From: Planctomycetia bacterium
Lineage (GTDB): Bacteria > Planctomycetota > Planctomycetia > Pirellulales > UBA1268
DNA length: 46,501 nt
Reading direction: 5' to 3'
Assembly: GCA_009924545.1 (NCBI GenBank)
Contig: RFRL01000003.1
Location: 1 to 46,501, forward strand
The translations under genes and the position numbers were made by a program. Under the pieces are notes generated by a model. The model searched no databases. It was given only the letters and a program-made list of their open reading frames with translations, and had not been told where the DNA came from. This document shows, one piece after another, positions 42,678 to 46,501 of the stretch; position 1 is the first letter of the stretch, and every line of letters starts with the position of its first letter.

Positions 42678-44174
42678 TCAGCCCGGCGGGCCGAAGCCGA
42701 ACTCGGCCTCTTCACGCGCCGCCTGCTCACGCCGCGCCTGTTCCACGCGGGCCCGCTCCGCTTCGGCAGCGCGGAGGCGGGCTTCACGGAGAGCCGCGCT
42801 GTCGTCGCCCGCGGTTCTTCCGCGGGGCTGGCTGGTCTCCGCGGGAGCGTCTCCGCCATGTCCCGGGCCGCGGTCGCGTCCGCCCCGTCGGCGGCGGGCG
42901 CGCGGCTGGTCGGTGGCCGGCTCGCCCGGTTCGGGGAACCCCGGAAAATCCGGTCCCGGCCGGTCGGTCGCCGACGCCGGGCCGGAGAAACGCTCGATCA
43001 CCAGCGGGTCGTGGGCCGTGACGTCGCCGATCCGCAGGCCGGCACGGCCGGAGAGGAGGTCGTCCACCAGGGGGCCGACCACCTCGGCGCGCCAGCCCGT
43101 GGCGAGCACGGGATCGCGGTCGCCGTTGTGGTAGCCGAGCTTCCAGGCAAGCAGGTCGCGCATGTCGCCCGCCGTGCCCACCAGTGCCGGGGCGATGGAC
43201 ATCTGCCGGCACATTCCCGTGATCGCCGTGACGAGGAACTGCCCGAGCACCGCCAATTGGGCGGGCGGGGCCCGGAAGCGCTCGCCCCCGGGGCATTCCT
43301 CTTCCGGCAGTTCGAGGCCGCGTTCCACCGCCGCGCACAGCCCCTTCATGATGTGGCGCAGGTCCGACCGCTGCATGCCGCGGATCGACCCGATACCGGC
43401 GGGGTCGGCGCTCTTCCGCTTGCACAGTTCCACCAGCAGGTCGTCGCGCAGCACCCGCTTGGGCGGCATGTCGCGTTCGGCGGCGACGGCGTCGCGCCAG
43501 TGCCACAGTTCGCGGGCCACTGCCAGTTCGCGGCGCGACAGCCCGTTGAGCCCGGAGATCCGCCGCCAGCGCTTGCGCGTGAAGCTCTCCGCCACGTCGT
43601 CCTGCCAGGTGGCCATCTCCTCTTCCATCCAGGCGCGGCGGCCGAATCGCGTCAGGCGGTCTTCGAGCCGGCGCCACACCGCCTCCAGGTGGCGGACGTC
43701 GTCGAGGGCGTAGTCGAGCTGGGCCTGGGAAAGGGGGCGCTTTCGCCAGTCGGTGCGTGTCTCCCCCTTGTTGGTCTGGACGTTGAGGACGCGCCGCACG
43801 AGGGCGCCGTACCCGGCCGGGTACTCGTGATCCACGAGCCCGGCCGCCACCTGCACGTCGAAGAGCCGCGCCGGGCGCTCCCCGAGGGCATGGAGGATGA
43901 ACCCCATCTCCTCCCGGCCGGCGTGGACGATCGTGGTCCGGTCGGGCTCGAGGAACAGCTCCCAGAAGGCATCCAGGTCGCGGACCGCCAGGGCGTCGAT
44001 CACCGCCAGGGTGCCCGGGGCGGCCACCTGCACCAGGCACAACTGGCTGCGGTAGGTGTGCTCCGACACGAACTCGGTGTCGAAGGCCACGTGGGGCTGG
44101 TCGGCGAGCCGGCGCACGATCTGCTCGAGCCCTTGGTCGGTGGTCACGTGCTCGAAGGTGGAGGAGGGGGGCAT
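42678..44174 (-). CDS. rnd: Ribonuclease D (DEDDy exonuclease + HRDC)
   Basis: VAFDTEFVSEHTY..QLCLVQVA, HAGREE, FDVQVAA, TDWRKRPLS..QLDYALDDV, WRDAVA...VLRDDLL, GWRAEVVG. Confidence 0.92.
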   Translation of the reverse strand: MPPSSTFEHVTTDQGLEQIVRRLADQPHVAFDTEFVSEHTYRSQLCLVQVAAPGTLAVIDALAVRDLDAFWELFLEPDRTTIVHAGREEMGFILHALGERPARLFDVQVAAGLVDHEYPAGYGALVRRVLNVQTNKGETRTDWRKRPLSQAQLDYALDDVRHLEAVWRRLEDRLTRFGRRAWMEEEMATWQDDVAESFTRKRWRRISGLNGLSRRELAVARELWHWRDAVAAERDMPPKRVLRDDLLVELCKRKSADPAGIGSIRGMQRSDLRHIMKGLCAAVERGLELPEEECPGGERFRAPPAQLAVLGQFLVTAITGMCRQMSIAPALVGTAGDMRDLLAWKLGYHNGDRDPVLATGWRAEVVGPLVDDLLSGRAGLRIGDVTAHDPLVIERFSGPASATDRPGPDFPGFPEPGEPATDQPRARRRRGGRDRGPGHGGDAPAETSQPRGRTAGDDSAALREARLRAAEAERARVEQARREQAAREEAEFGFGPPG

Positions 44175-44237
44175 GCGGGGTGTGTGACCGGGGGAGGAGC
44201 GGCGGTGTCACCGCGACGGCGGCGACCGGGAGACGCT

Positions 44238-45902
44238 TCAGAGGAACAGGAAGGAGACGAGGACGAAGATCGGCAGCAGCACGCCGAAGCTGTAGAGCAG
44301 GTAGCCGAAGAAACTCGGCATCCGCACTCCGGACTGCTCGGCGATCGCCTTGACCATGAAATTGGGGCCGTTGCCGATGTAGGTCATCGCCCCGAGGAAC
44401 ACCGCCCCGAGGCTGATCGCCGCCAGCCGGCCCACCTCGACGCCGGCCATCGTGGGGCCGGTGGCCGGGAGGCCCTGGGCGGCCTTGAAGAACACGAGGT
44501 AGGTCGGGGCGTTGTCGAGGACGGCCGACAGGCTCCCGGTGGCCCAGAAGAACGACCGGGCGGAATCGAGCCCGAGCTGGGCGCCGCGTTCCGCGAGGAT
44601 CGCCAGCGCCGGCTGCATGCAGACGAAGATCCCCAGGAACAGCGCGGCCACCTCGAGGATGGCGGCGTACGTGAAGCCGTTCCGGCGGCGGACGTCGCCA
44701 CTCCCCAGGGCCAGCGACAGGGCGACGAGGCCGAGGAGCACCACCTCGCGGAGGTACACCCAGGGATGCCAAGCGCTGCCGGGGAACGGCTGCGACGGGT
44801 CGAGGAGGGCCACCGCGGCGATCACGGCCGCCATCAACAGGGCGTTGGGCCACAGGCCACTGATCCGCAGCCGCGTGGCGGAGCGGACGTCGCGGCGCAC
44901 GTCGCCGAAGGTCTCCTGCGGATGGGCGATGAACGTGTCCCAGGCCCAGTAGACCGCCAGGAGGAGGCCATTGGTCACCAGCCACGGCTTCCACAGCGAG
45001 AGCGTCCAGAGGAACTCGACCCCCTCGAGGTAGCCGAGGAACAGTGGCGGGTCGCCGATCGGCAGCAGCAGGCCGCCGCAATTGCAGACGACGAAGATGA
45101 AGAACACCAGGGTGTGCGCCACCCGTTTCCGCTCGCTGTTGGTGTCGAGGAGCGATCGCACCAGCAGCATCGCGGCGCCGGTGGTGCCGACGAGGCTGGC
45201 GATCAGCCCCCCGATGGCGATGAACAGCGTGTTGACGGTGGGGGTGGCGACGAGGTCCCCCTGGATGCGCACCCCGCCGGTGATCGTGTAGAGGGCGAAG
45301 AGCAGCGTGATGAACGGGATGTACTCGGCCAACAGGGCGTTGATGAGCACGGCCCCGCCGAGGCCCCACGAAGGCCCACCCGGCGCCGGCGCGGCGACGG
45401 CGTGGGCCGGGAAATGGATGTCGAGGGGATGGCGGTGGAGAAGCGTGTAGTAGGCCAGCGTGATCAGGGCCAGCACACCCGCCACGAGCAGTTTGCTCGT
45501 GTTGTGCTCCCACCAGTGGGCCAGGCCACCGGTCAATGGGAAGACGGCGATGGCCCCCAGCAGGGCTGCGAACGGCAGCACGGTCCAGAGGGGCGGCGCT
45601 GGCGCCCGAAGGGTGTGCTTCGCGGCGTGATCCGGCCCATGGTCACCGATGGCGGCGTGACCGGGAGCATGGCCGTCGGACGCATCGGCTTGTGCGGCCA
45701 CGATCAAGTCGCGACCATGCTGGGGTATGCCGAAGACGGTGGCGACGGCATACACCGCCAGGGCGAGGAGCAGCCCGGCGAGGACGCGGGCACCCGGATC
45801 GACACTGCCGGGCCCCTGGCTCGAGGAACCCTGATGCCTGGCACCGCGGAACGGGGCGGCCGATTGCGGGGCGGCGATACGGTGTTCCGCGTCGGAATGC
45901 AT
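44238..45902 (-). CDS. Putative Na+/H+ antiporter (ion transporter superfamily)
   Basis: Many TM segments; GTTGAAMLL, NCGGLLLPIGDPPLFLGYL.G, LSAVLDNAPTY, GAMTYIGNGPNFMVKAIAE motifs. Start uncertain (ATG 45902 chosen). Confidence 0.8.
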   Translation of the reverse strand: MHSDAEHRIAAPQSAAPFRGARHQGSSSQGPGSVDPGARVLAGLLLALAVYAVATVFGIPQHGRDLIVAAQADASDGHAPGHAAIGDHGPDHAAKHTLRAPAPPLWTVLPFAALLGAIAVFPLTGGLAHWWEHNTSKLLVAGVLALITLAYYTLLHRHPLDIHFPAHAVAAPAPGGPSWGLGGAVLINALLAEYIPFITLLFALYTITGGVRIQGDLVATPTVNTLFIAIGGLIASLVGTTGAAMLLVRSLLDTNSERKRVAHTLVFFIFVVCNCGGLLLPIGDPPLFLGYLEGVEFLWTLSLWKPWLVTNGLLLAVYWAWDTFIAHPQETFGDVRRDVRSATRLRISGLWPNALLMAAVIAAVALLDPSQPFPGSAWHPWVYLREVVLLGLVALSLALGSGDVRRRNGFTYAAILEVAALFLGIFVCMQPALAILAERGAQLGLDSARSFFWATGSLSAVLDNAPTYLVFFKAAQGLPATGPTMAGVEVGRLAAISLGAVFLGAMTYIGNGPNFMVKAIAEQSGVRMPSFFGYLLYSFGVLLPIFVLVSFLFL

Positions 45903-45976
45903 GACTGGAGCGGTTGCGGGATGGTGGGGTGAGGGGAGCGAGGGGGCGGTGAGCGGTAGCCGTGCGCCCGGGGCAG

Positions 45977-46020
45977 TGGTCCGAATCTCGATGGTCCGAG
46001 TCTCTTGGGCCGAATCTCGT
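45977..46020. repeat. Three imperfect 14-15-bp direct repeats in a divergent intergenic region
   Basis: TGGTCCGAATCTCGA / TGGTCCGAGTCTCT / TGGGCCGAATCTCGT. Confidence 0.7.
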
Positions 46021-46072
46021 GGGCAGGATGCGGGGGGTCCGTCAACAGACGGCGACCCGGGGAGCGGGGCCG

Positions 46073-46501
46073 ATGACGGAGCAGCAGGCGACCACGGATC
46101 CAGATCGTACGCCTCCGGGAGGCCCCGCGGAAGGTGGAAGGGCCGTCTGGCTACGGGCCAATCCTCGGCCGGTGTGGGTGGCGACCGTGGCCCAACTGGT
46201 CGCCGTAGGGGGCGCGTGGGCCCTCGTCTCGGCCCTCGCCCGGCTGCCGCCGTGGGGGCCGTGGAGCGGCCCGGCGGTGGGGCTGGCACTCGTGGTGATC
46301 GGGTTGGTCGGCGCGTGCGTCGCGGGCGCCTGGCTCGCCCTCCGTCCGCGCGTGGAGCAACGCGCCGGTCGGCTCCGGGTGCGGCTGGCGGCAGGCACCG
46401 TCACGGACCTGCCGGTGGAGGTGGTGGAGTGCTTTTTTCTGGGATCCGATCCGGTCGTCGCCGCGCGACCCAGGGTGAACCCGGGGCGGGCACCGGGCGA
46501 C
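46073..46501 (+). CDS. Hypothetical membrane protein, 3'-truncated by the window edge
   Basis: Not in the ORF track because it has no stop in the window. GGAG RBS, ATG 46073, open to the end: MTEQQ...VWLRANPRP, two hydrophobic helices, ...LPVEVVECFFLG. Confidence 0.65.
   Translation, partial: MTEQQATTDPDRTPPGGPAEGGRAVWLRANPRPVWVATVAQLVAVGGAWALVSALARLPPWGPWSGPAVGLALVVIGLVGACVAGAWLALRPRVEQRAGRLRVRLAAGTVTDLPVEVVECFFLGSDPVVAARPRVNPGRAPGD

Noticed and set aside
1-46501. CRISPR array, cas genes, prophage, transposase, rRNA
   Set aside because: No repeat-spacer array or corresponding motifs were seen. The PD-(D/E)XK domains belong to the AddAB-like pair, not Cas4.

Overview
High-GC bacterial window; the gene families (large secreted hypotheticals, heme-c beta-propeller proteins, DUF1080, DUF885) suggest Planctomycetota, which is an inference. 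The centrepiece (about 8.3-25.0 kb) is a secondary-lipid/polyketide cluster. It is built on one ~2,760-aa Pfa/Hgl-like type I PKS (active KS, catalytically altered KS/CLF, AT, ACP, degenerate C45/Ntn-hydrolase-like insert, KR, DH). Around it lie a PPTase, a FabL-like trans enoyl reductase, two paralogous Rieske oxygenases, two paralogous thioester-reductase-like extended SDRs (one broken by a microdeletion) and a divergent condensation-fold acyltransferase. The PKS 5' leader holds a sigma70-like promoter, a terminator-like hairpin and a perfect 18-bp palindrome. Other content: a 1327-aa secreted protein, two porins, a HIT protein, tRNA-Ser(CGA) with promoter and terminator, AddAB-like helicase/nuclease, aldo/keto reductase, two cytochrome-c/beta-propeller proteins (one frameshifted), a DUF885 protein, a GGQ release-factor-like protein, DUF1080, RNase D, a Na+/H+ antiporter-like protein and two related MITE-like inverted-repeat elements. 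All calls come from reading motifs by eye; no database search was run.
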